Made by a program: the position numbers and the translations under genes. DNA of 64,000 bases from an uncultured Bacteroidota bacterium (GTDB lineage: Bacteria; Bacteroidota; Bacteroidia; Bacteroidales; DTGW01): contig CAWKPE010000019.1 in NCBI GenBank assembly GCA_963851385.1, forward strand, positions 24,355-88,354. Direction: 5' to 3'. Shown in pieces: positions 10,342 to 21,671 of this stretch. Positions within the stretch are counted from its first letter, which is position 1. Each line of letters opens with the position of its first letter. The notes beneath the pieces were generated by a model that saw only the letters and a list, made by a program, of their open reading frames with translations, searched no databases and had not been told where the DNA came from.

Positions 10342-11826
10342 TTACTTAATCACAAAACTCTTCTTCTCTTTTTTACATATTTGCTTAATAACCTTCTTTC
10401 CCCAAAGTGCCGAAGGTGGTAATCCTCCACCTGGTGTGAGCCATTGTCCAGCCATGTAAAAGTTTTCTAAATTAGGTAAAGTATTTTTTAACTCTTTGGT
10501 AATATTTTTTGATGTCGGTAAAAACCCTTCGTAAGAAGCTTTCCAAACTCCTGTGTAACGAACATCTGAAAGCGGCGTTGCTACATCAATTACTTCTATT
10601 TTATCAGATATTCCCGGGAAATGCGATTCCAATATTGTTGTTGTTTCAGCTTTCACCTTTTCTTTTTCAGCTTTGTAATCTTCATCTTTAATATTTTCCC
10701 ATAATTTCCAGGGACTTTCAAAACGTATAACAATAACATTTTTCCCTTTAGGTGCCATTGTGGGATCAAAAGAATAATTCATTATAGAATATCCTTGTTT
10801 TAATTCTGTTGATCCAATTTTCTTATTTTCCGTAATAAAACTTTGAGATGGAAATTCTGATTTGATTTCATCATTTATTCCGAAAGAAACCTGCACAATA
10901 GGCGAAAAAAGTTCCCATGAACTGTAAGCTTCATTTATTTGTTTTGAAATATATCTGCCTTCAAGCATGTCAAAAATAGTAGCATGCCCGTCCGCAGCGC
11001 TTACAATATAATCTGCTTTACAAGTTGTACTATCTGATAAAACAATACCTGTAGCTGAGTTATTTTCAACTATAATTTTTGACACTTTTTTACCTGATGA
11101 AAGTTTGCCTCCTAATGAGAGGTAACGGTTAGTCATTCTTTCAGCCAGCGGCTTCGAGCCTCCAATCAGGTACCCTGCATTCTTCTTGTCAAACCAACCG
11201 AGCATCATGATAAAAGCAATTGCTGAAAAATCACGCCCACCAAACATTTTTCCTAAAAAATAAGCCAATTTGGAATTTTTAAAATTTAATTCTTTGAAAT
11301 AATTATTACAATCCTTCCTTCCATATTTTATGAACAAAGGAATTACCGGGAGCAAACTTAAAAGGAACTTAATCCTTTTACCTAAATCTTTAATGCCTTT
11401 CGTGGCTTCCGGGAAATCGAAAGAAGCTCCTTTCCTCATATCATTGCACATTTTCCTAATTGACTTGTCATCTTCAGGAGCAAAGTTTAAAAGGTACTTT
11501 TCCCAGCGATTTATATTGGCATAAATTATAAATTCATCACCTTTCTCATCATTCATCTTAAGAAATACATCATGATCAATAATCTTCACCTGGTTATTGA
11601 TTACATCGAGTTCTTTCCAAATTTCATGAAATCCTCCTTTTGCAGTGCCTACCAACCAGTGCAGGCAGTAGTCAAAACGATAACCTTTCCTGTCCCAGGC
11701 AGTACATTGTCCTCCGGGAATTTTATTCATTTCTATTATTTCGGTATCATAACCGTTCATTTGTCCGTAAATGCCGGTAGAAAGACCTGCTACTCCGCCA
11801 CCGATGATAATTATCTTTTTTGTCAT
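10342..11826 (-). CDS. FAD/NAD(P)-dependent oxidoreductase, phytoene-desaturase (CrtI-like) family
   Basis: N-terminal dinucleotide-binding motif KKIIIIGGGVAGLSTG. The 494-aa length and C-terminal FYMAGQWLTPGGGLP segment are typical of this amine-oxidase/desaturase fold. Confidence 0.75.
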   Translation of the reverse strand: MTKKIIIIGGGVAGLSTGIYGQMNGYDTEIIEMNKIPGGQCTAWDRKGYRFDYCLHWLVGTAKGGFHEIWKELDVINNQVKIIDHDVFLKMNDEKGDEFIIYANINRWEKYLLNFAPEDDKSIRKMCNDMRKGASFDFPEATKGIKDLGKRIKFLLSLLPVIPLFIKYGRKDCNNYFKELNFKNSKLAYFLGKMFGGRDFSAIAFIMMLGWFDKKNAGYLIGGSKPLAERMTNRYLSLGGKLSSGKKVSKIIVENNSATGIVLSDSTTCKADYIVSAADGHATIFDMLEGRYISKQINEAYSSWELFSPIVQVSFGINDEIKSEFPSQSFITENKKIGSTELKQGYSIMNYSFDPTMAPKGKNVIVIRFESPWKLWENIKDEDYKAEKEKVKAETTTILESHFPGISDKIEVIDVATPLSDVRYTGVWKASYEGFLPTSKNITKELKNTLPNLENFYMAGQWLTPGGGLPPSALWGKKVIKQICKKEKKSFVIK

Positions 11827-12367
11827 TACAAATTGTAGTTAATTATAAAATATGTTTATTTGGATGAATATTTTATAAAATTAACATCTTACAATATATT
11901 ATAAAAAACAAAACCGGTAAACAAGGAAAATTAAAAGGTAATAAGGTAAAAACCAGAAGCCAATATGAATAATTTATAATAATAGTTTATTAGATCAGTA
12001 ACGAATTCTATTGTTACCACTAAGATACATACTCGTTCAAAGAATGCCTTTATAAAAAAGAACACCTTAATAAAAAATTTAATCTCAGAAACTAATTGCT
12101 TTGAGGACTTATCATAATTATTATTAAACACAAGCACTGTAAAATATATGTTAAATAAATGCATTTTCAGAAAACATGAATCTTTTTTTCTACTTTTACC
12201 CTCGTTAAAACAATTGCCAAATTCCATACTTCATTAAATATTTAAAAAAAAGTGATAATTGCAATAGGGGTTTGTATTGGTTTTTTAGTCTTATATTAGG
12301 ACTTTTTATTATATAACAGTATCAATTAATTTATGACAAATATTAATTATTATATGTTTTTAAGCTG

Positions 12368-15073
12368 ATGAGATTTTACAAATTGCAATTTTTAAGGATG
12401 TTATTTTTGAGTTTTTTCATTTTTAATTTTGTCAAAACATTTTCAAACCCGGATGATAACATAAAAATAACAGGCACATTTAATGAAAGTTTTGTTGACT
12501 TTTTAAAAGATATTGGTAAAACCAATAATTTAAACTTTTTCTTTCAGACCAAATGGTTTAATTCTATAATTGTAAATAAAACCTATGAAGATGAATCTCT
12601 AACAACAGTTTTAGAGGATTTATTGCACAATTTGCCTTATAAGTTTTATTATATCCAATCGAATGTAATTGTATTTCTGCCAAAAGATGAAGTTTTAAAT
12701 TTACTTAGTAAATCTTCGTTTCAAACAAATGAAACAGACAATAACATCCAGGTAATTGGGAAACTCGAAGATATTGGAAAAGTTAAAAAGCCTGAAATGC
12801 GTGGGACAGTTGTTGATGGGAAAACCGGTGAACCCATTATTGGCGCGACAATTGTGGTGCAAAATACTACTTTGGGAAGCGCTACAGATGTTAAAGGTAA
12901 ATATGTATTATCATTATCTCCCGGAGTTTACAACCTGGTAATCTCAAGCGTTGGTTTTGAATCTAAAACTTCTACAGTAAAACTTATAGGAAATGGTAAT
13001 TTAAATTTTGAGCTTTTCGATCAATCCATAAAATTAGATGAAGTAATTGTTTCAGCCCAAAAAGCAGATAAAAATGTTAAAAGTAACCAAATGAGTTTAA
13101 TCGAACTCGATAAAAAAACATTAAAACAACTCCCTTCGCTTTTTGGAGAAAAAGATGTTATTAAAAGTTTAACAATGATGCCCGGTGTTAGTTCTGTGGG
13201 TGAATTCGGGGCCGGTATTAATGTGCGTGGTGGCAGTAGCGATCAAAATTTATTTTTAATGGAAGGAACTCCTATTTTCAACTCATCGCATGTTTTTGGG
13301 CTAATATCAGTAGTCAATCCTGACGCAGTAACTAATGTTTCTTTATTTAAAGGTTACATTCCACAAAATTATGGTGAAAGAGTTTCTTCTGTTATGGATA
13401 TTCAACTGAAAGAAGGAAATTTTAAAAAAGTACATGCAAATGGTGGTATCGGTTTACTTGACAGCCGTTTGATGGTTGAGGGCCCAATTATTGAAGATAA
13501 AGCTTCCATAATTATTAGCGCCCGTTCAAGTTATTCCGATTGGTTATTGAAACAAATGCCAGATTTGGACTTGCGAAAAAGTTCTGCAAGATTTTACGAT
13601 ATCAATAGTACTATCAGTGTTATTGCAAATACTAAAAATAAAATTACACTTTTCGGTTACACAAGTAACGACTTTTTCCAATATTCAGACCAATTAAAAT
13701 ATAATTATGCAAACTATCTTGGGAGCCTGACCTGGGATCATAAATTCAACAATGATTTTAATTCAAAAATAGTATTAGCCACCAGTAATTATTCTATTAA
13801 TAAAGATGCCATAGATGATGTAACAGAAGCAACCACGAAAAACAGGGTTAGTACCGGAATTAAATATAACAGTCTGAAACTCGATTTCAATTATAACCTG
13901 TTAGCCTCAAATACAATTAATTTTGGTTCACAAATAATTAATTATTCAAATAACCCTGGAATACAGTCACCGCTTGATTCATCTTCTACTCTTATAAAAA
14001 ACTTCAAAATGAACATGCTATTGAGTCTGCACTATATTTAGGCGATAAATATGATATATCGGAGAGAATAAGTTTGCAGGCTGGAATCAGGGTTTCGGGG
14101 TATGCGTTTCTTGGTCCATAAAGCCAAATATTCAATATCAGCCAGGTATTCCAAAAGACGATACGTCATTGGTACAAAATATACAATAGTGCCATTATAA
14201 AAGCATATTATAATTTCGAACCAAGAGCTGCTTTAAAAATATTACTCGCTGAAACAAATTCTTTAAAATTAAGCTACAATCAGAAACGTTCAATATTTAA
14301 ACCTGGTTTCTTATACCTCTATTCCTTCACCTGATGATGTATGGAAACTAAGCAGTCCTTATTATTTTACCTATAAAATGTGATCAGGTTGCTTTTGGAT
14401 ATTTTCAGAATTTTAAAAAAAATACTTTCGAAACATCTGTTGAAGTCTATTATAAAAATTTATCAAATTTAATTGATTATAAGAATGGAGTAAATATCAG
14501 TATGAATGACATGCTTGAGACAGGTTTAATGAATGCAAGAGGGAACAAATTATGGTATTGAGATTCCTGGTCAAAAAAAATACAGGTGAGATTGATGGTT
14601 GGATAAGTTATACTTATTCAAGATCGCTAAAACAAACATACAGCAATTATGCGGAAGAACAAATTAATGGAAACAAGGTTTATCCATCATCTTATGACCG
14701 GCCAAACAACTTAATAATAATGGGCACTTACCATTATAACAGAAGAATAAGATTGTCATTCAATTACAATTACTCTTCAGGACGTCCCGTTACATTGCCA
14801 GAACAGATTTTTGATCTTGATGGAAAACAATATGTTCAATATTCCGACAGGAATAAATATCGTTTACCTGATTATGAGAGGCTTGATCTTTCTTTGAGCA
14901 TTGATGAAACACTTTATCATAAACGAAAATGGAAAGGTAGTTGGACCATTTCTGTTATCAATGTCCTTTCTGATCAAAATATTTATTCGGTTATTTATAA
15001 TTCACCAAACTTATATAAGTTGCTTATAATTAACCAACCTTTACCGACATTAACTTATAATTTTATTTTCTAA
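12368..15073 (+). pseudogene. TonB-dependent receptor (STN-like N-terminus, CarboxypepD_reg, plug, barrel), multiply frameshifted
   Basis: 12368-14041 is an intact 557-aa N-terminal part (GTVVDGKTGEPIIGATIVV; plug GINVRGGSSDQNLFLMEGTPI). 14552-15073 is the C-terminal barrel (GWISYTYSRS...RLPDYERLDLSLS). In 13996-14560 recognisable receptor peptides appear in alternating frames (YLGDKYDISERISLQAGIRVSGYAFLGP, FEPRAALKILLAETNSLKLSYNQ, TFETSVEVYYKNLSNLIDYKNG). Confidence 0.8.
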
Positions 15074-15074
15074 T

Positions 15075-16213
15075 ATGAGAAGCTCTTAATTATATTTTTA
15101 TAATTGCATTATTAGCTCAAGCATGTAAAAACCTTATGATGATCCCCCCGTTCAGGCAGTCATATCAAGTTTGGTCGTTGAATGCACAATAACTACTGAT
15201 CCTCCACCCTATGCAGTAAAGTTGACTACTTCGATTGCTTATAATTCCACCAGCTATCCTAAAAAAGTATCAAATGCAAAGATCAGTATTTTAGATGATG
15301 CAGGAAATATTGAAAATGTAATTGAGAAACCTTCCGGTTCCGGAAACTATAGACATCTGTTACTGGGATGCAGGGACAAATTGGCAAAAGTTACAAATTA
15401 AAAATAGCATTAACTGATAGCAAAGGTAAAATATACAGCACTTATGAATCTGATTGGGTTAGAATAAATGAACCTCCGCAAATAGATTCACTTTATGCCG
15501 AAACAGGGCAGTTGCAATCTTTAATGCAGAATTCTGACGGAAGTTACTATATAGCCACCAGGTTGGGAATAAATGTGTACATGGATGCCAGTCCGCCAGC
15601 TAAACAGGATTATTATTATATGTTCAATTCATCAATGATACTAGAATACACGCAAACTTATTATCCCGATACCATAGCAGGTAGGTATACAAAGCTACCT
15701 ATTTTACCAGAAGTCCTTTATGGCTGGTATAGCAGTGAAATATATGTTGCTAATGATTTAATAGAAGGTTCGTCCCAATATCCTTCACCAATTAAAAAAC
15801 ATTTTATTGGATTTATACCCGAATTTTTCTCAACTGTAACGGATACTTTTCATGATGAACCCATATCTGCAGGAGATGTTACTACAACAACAATATATTC
15901 AGTATCAAATAAAATATATCAAATTTTCACGGAAGAAAATACTCAAACACAACCAGTGAATTCTATTTTTGATCCTATTCCTACACAACTCACATCAAAT
16001 ATTAAATGCACCAGTGATACTACAAAAAGTGTATTTGGGTATTTTAATGCAGCTTCAGTAATTCGCGGGTATCACTATTTTTTGTGGGTACATGGCTTTG
16101 ATAAAATCTATTCTTATAAGGTTGATTCTTTGCCACCAGGCATAACTGACTCTGGATTGGATACCGCCGCAGCTCCAAGCTTTTGGTTTTATGATAACGG
16201 GAAATACAAGTGA
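15075..16213 (+). pseudogene. DUF4249-like lipoprotein, frameshifted
   Basis: ATG at 15075 sits right after the receptor stop. The signal and lipobox region is broken by stops (MRSS*). The body is split between ORFs 15171-15401 and 15368-16213. Position and layout match the intact DUF4249 gene at 52824-53672. Confidence 0.65.
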
Positions 16214-16248
16214 AAAAACAAAATAAAAAATATTTAAAAGTTTATAAC

Positions 16249-18560
16249 ATGCGAGCCATTAAATATGGAGTTTCTAAGTTGCTAATTTTAGTTCTTTTTT
16301 GTACAACGTTATCTGCAAAAAAATTAAACAATGATAATCCTGTAGATTGCTATTATTCAGGTATTCAAAAAGTATTTTTACATTTAAATAAAGACGTTTA
16401 TATAACCGGTGAAGATGTTTTATTTAAAGCATATATAGTAAATGCAACCAACATCCCTGATACTTTATGCAAAGTAATTTATGTAGAGCTGCAAAATCCA
16501 TTCAATCAAAAAATACTGGGCTTTTCCGTTAATCTTTTTAAAGGCAGTTGCAACAGCTACTTTGCATTGCCCGATACACTAACAACAGGTTATTATTATA
16601 TAAAGGCATTTACAAATCAAATGCGTAATTTTGATCACGATTACTATTTTTCTGCAAAAATTATTGTCGCCAACCAGGCCGATGACCGGCTTGAAAAATT
16701 AATTACCGATAACGATCATAACCTCGATTCAGCAAAAGTTTTATTTTACACACAAAATGGTAAACTTATTACTGGGATAGATAATAAAATATCATTTAAA
16801 ATAAAAAATTTTTCTGAAGATTGGGATAACCAACCTGTTGAAATTATAAATGACTCAGGCAAAGTAGTTATATCAGTCATTCCAGACAACAAAGGAATTG
16901 GTGACTTTAGTTTAGTCCCTGAAAAAAATAAAAATTATTTTGCAAGATGGAATAAAAAGAAATTTTACCTGCCTACCCAAGTAGCAGAAGGTTTTATAAT
17001 TCAGGCACAACAATCAGAAGAAAACAAAATTAATATAACAATCCTTAGTAGTACTCATGAACTATCGGACATTTTAAATTTCAAAGTTTATAATAATGGT
17101 AAAAGCATTTTCGAAAAGGAATTTACTTTATCAAATGGGATTGCTACATTTACGATACCTACTGAGAAAAACAAAAACGGTTTCAAAATACTTGCATTAT
17201 TCAATTCTTCACATGGAATTATTATGTAAGTTGCCATTATTTCTTCATGAAAACCCAGGAGAAATTAATATCAATAGTAATAAAAAGGCTTATCATCCTA
17301 GAGAAAAAGTTAAAATTGATATTGATTTAAAGAATAAAGAACTTATAAAAGATAGTTTAAATTTATTGATAAGCATTTCTCAAAAAGGTAACCTGGGGAA
17401 TAATAAACAATTCCATTGCAATTGATACTTATTTGGGGCTTTTATCAAACATAGGGAAAAAGAATTCCGAAATATTAGAATCAGATTCTATTTCAAAGCA
17501 ACAAATAAATAAAGTTCTTCCTTTGTTCGATTTTCCCAAAACTCTATCGAATTCAGTTTGCCAATTCTTGCCGGAAAATAAAGGATATATAATTTCCGGT
17601 TATGTATTTTCAAAAAATAATATTCCTTCTCCAAATGTTTGTGTTTACTTATCAGTGGCTGATTCATTTGCCAGTTTAAAATATTGCTTTACCGATTCAA
17701 CCGGTAGGTTCTTTTTCCGATTGAGCAGGTTTTATGATAATAAAAATCTTATTTTTCAGGCAAAAGGTAACAACAGTGAATCGCTGAAAATTGAAATTGA
17801 AGATAAATTTAATGGAGAATCAACTAAGCATACAGGTTTTGAATATATACCTGCCAATTTAAAAAATTATTTAAAATATTCTCAAAATATTGTTCTTACA
17901 AATAAAATTTTTAAACCCGGTTTATTATCCCTGCTTTCAGAAAATAATTTTGATGCAAGTGCTTATAATTATGCCATTTTTATGGTTTCCTGATGCGACT
18001 ATTTATCTTTCGGATTATGATGAACTGGAAGATTTTAAAGAAATTGTAAGGAATATTCTTCCCGGAGTATTCTATAACCGATCGGAAAACAAAGTTAGGG
18101 TTATAGACCGGGGAACACAAACACTATGGCCTAATGAAGCACTGGTACTATTAAATAATATCCCATTCCCCGACCCGGCTTTTATTGCAAAATTGGGTTC
18201 CAAACAAATTAAAAAAATAGATTTGAAAAAAAATCATATAATTTATGGTAATATTGATTTATATGGAATTTTATCCATCACTACCAATCAAAAAAATGTA
18301 TATGCCTTAAATCCTTCATTTGCCAATATTACCATTCCGAATATTGTACGAAATGTTCCGGTAATACTTACTGGTCCAGATTATATAGATATCTACCTAA
18401 AAACCTTCCTGATTTCAGACAAACCTTATATTGGAACCCTGAATTAAAATTGTCGGCTGATGGTAAAGCTAGTGTTGAGTTTTATACTTCTGATTTAATA
18501 GGAAATTATACAATTGAAGTTGAAGGTATTACATCAAACGGTATTAATAATTTATTCTAA
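16249..18560 (+). pseudogene. large secreted protein (MG2 / alpha-2-macroglobulin-like N-terminus, tentative), five or more frameshifts
   Basis: Four overlapping or abutting ORFs (16210-17229, 17096-17425, 17433-17993, 17890-18447) plus a tail to 18560 read as one continuous protein if the frame is switched at about 17225, 17415, 17980 and 18400-18447. The N-terminus has a signal peptide and LNKDVYITGEDVLFKAYIV. The C-terminal tail reads SADGKASVEFYTSDLIGNYTIEVEGITSNG. Confidence 0.65.
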
Positions 18561-18602
18561 GTCTGCGATTGAGGTTAAATAAATATACATTATATATATA
18601 TT

Positions 18603-19287
18603 ATGAAACATATTATTTTCATCCTTTTACTAAATGCTTTTTTCATATCAGCTCAAGCACAAGAAAAGAACTGTCACTGTAATTATTATAAAGTTAGCGA
18701 GGAAGTTCTTGAAGATAAAATAACAGGAATTGCACTTTCAGATGTATAATATTAAATTACCTGAAGGAGAAATTTATAATCAATGGAGTCATAGGAGATA
18801 TTATATTGAGTAATGGTGAAAAAATTACCAACAGGGTAATGAGATACGATGGAATTTCCGACCAGTTAATTGTAAGTTCTTTAGATAAAGGCGTTAAACT
18901 TGCTGTTGAAAAAAGTACAATTAAAGGTTTTGATATTCAAATGTATAATTCAGATAAAATTTTTCATTATAAAAAATTAAATATTAAAGACATTTTTTCA
19001 GGCGAATTATGAAGATGGTTATGCGCAATTATTGGTATCGGGCAAAACGTCTCTTATATGCTTCACGGAAGCTTCAGTATATTGGAAGCACAAATGATTT
19101 ACAAACTTATTACAGTTACATTATAGTTAAAGAGGATGGGACTATGTTCCATTTTTTGAACTATTCCCGAAGATACATTGCAAAACTTTTTCCAGAGAAA
19201 AAAGAAATATTTAAACCACAACTTCGCAAGCATCACAATCGTGTGCGTAACGAAGATCAACTGATACAAGCTATTGAATTAATATAA
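18603..19287 (+). pseudogene. small secreted protein, frameshifted
   Basis: ATG at 18603 gives a signal peptide (MKHIIFILLLNAFFISAQAQ) that stops after 48 aa. The remainder continues in other frames as ORFs 18806-19012 and 19009-19287. Confidence 0.5.
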
Positions 19288-19396
19288 TTCGCTTTAACAA
19301 ATTAATTCGCAAATTATAATTTCTCTCATGCCATTTCTTTCTTTGGTATAATTCATGCAGCATATATATTTTTATTATAAATAGCGATTTTAAATA

Positions 19397-21625
19397 ATGG
19401 ATTATAAACTTCTCCAGGAAAAATATAACCAATGCTGCCAACTTGTCACTGGTCAGAGATTGCAGGAAGCTTTTCCAGTGCTCGAGGAACTTGTAAAGGA
19501 AAGCCACAGCGGGGATTTGAATGTACAACTGGAGCATTACCGGGAAACATTCAATAATATCCTCAGGTACTCTTTTGGGGAAATTGAAGATCCTGAAAAG
19601 AAAACTGTATACCTGCATCTTCTTCGTTCTGTATTGGAACTGGCCGACAAAGTGAGGGAATCTATAATAACCTCTAAACTTCTCCTCAGTTATTGTACTA
19701 CAAAAAATGATGCCTGGGAAAAACTTACAATTTTGCCTGAAGAGGTAAATTTTTTCCTGGAAAGTCTAGGAAATTCCCTGACTACGAAATCAAAAGATGA
19801 ATTTGTCGATGAAGAAATTCATTTAAAGGATCAACAGAAAAAAGTTATACGTTTGTTTAAACTATTATGGCTGACCGATAAGTACCAAGATGCAGAAAAA
19901 AATATTGCTTCACAATCCATTCAGTCAGAATACATACCCTGGTGGATCCAATGCCTTGTGATTTCAGCAATAACATTAAGCCTTCAAAGATATTTTGATG
20001 AAACTAAGTTTGTAATATTGTCGGAGGCTTATAAAAAAAATAAAAAACAAATATGGCAACGGGCGCTTGCAGGAATAATCATTTCCCTTTACCAATATAA
20101 ACAGCGATTGTACTTGTATCCAAAAATAAAAGAATTGTTTGAAGATCTGCAAAAGAATTCCAATATTGAAAAACAAACGGAAGCTATAATCATTCAGTTT
20201 ATCAAAGCAAAAGATACGGAAAAAATTGCGCAGAAATTTCATGATGAGATACTTCCAGAGATGTCGCGCATCCAAAGCAGGATTCATGACAAGTTGGATA
20301 TAAAAAACATGTTGCAGGATCCGTTTTCGGATGAAAAAAACCCTGACTGGGAGCATGTGTTCCAGGACACACCGGAGTTACTAAATAAGCTGGAGGAATT
20401 CTCAATGTTGCAGGTGGAAGGTTCTGATGTATTTATGAGCACTTTTTCAATGTTAAAGCAATTTGATTTTTTTAACCCGATAAGTAATTGGTTTATTCCT
20501 TTTTATAAAGAAAACCCGGAGATGCATGAAGCACTAAAAGACGATAATGAGTCTTTTGATGCCAATGGCTTTGTTGAAGGATTGGAAAAGTCATCAATTT
20601 TATGTAATTCGGATAAATATTCATTTTGTCTGAACATAAAACTGGTACCACCGGCTAACCGCAATTCAATGATTGAATTGTTCAATATGGAATTAAAAGC
20701 CATGCAAGAGGTTAATGAAGATGATAAATTATTGAACAAACCGGCATATGAAAGAATAATCTTTACCCAATATATCCAGGACCTTTACCGGTTTAATAAA
20801 CTGTACAAGTATAAAAATGAGTTTTATGATATTTTCTCAACCAGGGCGGATTTTCATAATACACTTTTTTTCAGATGGCTTATTAAAGATGAATCTGTTG
20901 TCAGAAACATAGGAGAATTCTTTTTTGAAAAAAAACATTACAAGGATGCTATTGAAGTATTTTTGCAAACCGATAAGACCAAAGGCAACTCCGAATTATG
21001 GCAAAAGATTGCATATAGCTACCAGCAGCTAGGAAATTATCAAAAAGCATTGGAATATTATCTGCAGGCTGATTTGGAAGATACCGGGAAAGCATGGAAT
21101 ATTAAAAAGATTGCACTTTGTTACCGGCGGTTAGGTAATTTTTCAAAGGCATTGGAATATTACCTTGACTCAGAAAAATTAGAACAGGAAAACTTGTATG
21201 TCCAGGCTAATCTTGCACATACATACCTGGATATGAAGGACTATGAAAATGCTTTAAAAGTTTATTTTAAAGTTGAGTACCTTGCTCCTGATAATATAAA
21301 AATTCAACGACCAATTGCCTGGTGTTCCTTTATGCTGGAAAAGCTTGATACAGCTAAAAAATATTTTGAAAAAATCTTAAATACAGAAGGCAATCGGCAC
21401 GATTTGCTCAACCTGGGACATATAGAATGGTGCCTCGGCAACAAACAAAAAGCTATAGAAAGATACAGGCAATCTATACAAAAATCTGAATCTGACTTTA
21501 ACTGGTTTGCCCAGGAATTTATGGCCGATAGTGAAATTCTCATTCGTTATGGTATTGATCCTGTTAATATTCCTCTTATGCGGGATTATTTAAAATTTTG
21601 CTGGAGAAATAAAATTAGTATTTGA
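19397..21625 (+). CDS. TPR-repeat protein
   Basis: 742-aa ORF. The C-terminal third has clear TPR units (WQKIAYSYQQLGNYQKALEYYLQA, ALCYRRLGNFSKALEYYLDS, LAHTYLDMKDYENALKVYFKV). One central hydrophobic stretch may be a TM helix. Confidence 0.8.
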   Translation: MDYKLLQEKYNQCCQLVTGQRLQEAFPVLEELVKESHSGDLNVQLEHYRETFNNILRYSFGEIEDPEKKTVYLHLLRSVLELADKVRESIITSKLLLSYCTTKNDAWEKLTILPEEVNFFLESLGNSLTTKSKDEFVDEEIHLKDQQKKVIRLFKLLWLTDKYQDAEKNIASQSIQSEYIPWWIQCLVISAITLSLQRYFDETKFVILSEAYKKNKKQIWQRALAGIIISLYQYKQRLYLYPKIKELFEDLQKNSNIEKQTEAIIIQFIKAKDTEKIAQKFHDEILPEMSRIQSRIHDKLDIKNMLQDPFSDEKNPDWEHVFQDTPELLNKLEEFSMLQVEGSDVFMSTFSMLKQFDFFNPISNWFIPFYKENPEMHEALKDDNESFDANGFVEGLEKSSILCNSDKYSFCLNIKLVPPANRNSMIELFNMELKAMQEVNEDDKLLNKPAYERIIFTQYIQDLYRFNKLYKYKNEFYDIFSTRADFHNTLFFRWLIKDESVVRNIGEFFFEKKHYKDAIEVFLQTDKTKGNSELWQKIAYSYQQLGNYQKALEYYLQADLEDTGKAWNIKKIALCYRRLGNFSKALEYYLDSEKLEQENLYVQANLAHTYLDMKDYENALKVYFKVEYLAPDNIKIQRPIAWCSFMLEKLDTAKKYFEKILNTEGNRHDLLNLGHIEWCLGNKQKAIERYRQSIQKSESDFNWFAQEFMADSEILIRYGIDPVNIPLMRDYLKFCWRNKISI

Positions 21626-21671
21626 ACAAGATGACACTTACCTCCGTAACTTTATTCCGTTTAATTAATAT

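Noticed and set aside
11931-12227. 98-aa minus-strand ORF in the gap between the oxidoreductase and the receptor pseudogene
   Set aside because: It has AT-rich, low-complexity translation (Phe/Lys/Asn runs) and no motif or signal. It is probably non-coding promoter region.
19976-21543. Several 60-126 aa antisense ORFs inside the TPR gene (19976-20356, 20202-20405, 20503-20739, 21304-21543). Similar nested ORFs lie inside the GH2, lactonase, kinase and phosphatase genes.
   Set aside because: They are fully embedded in long, well-supported genes on the opposite strand and have no independent support.
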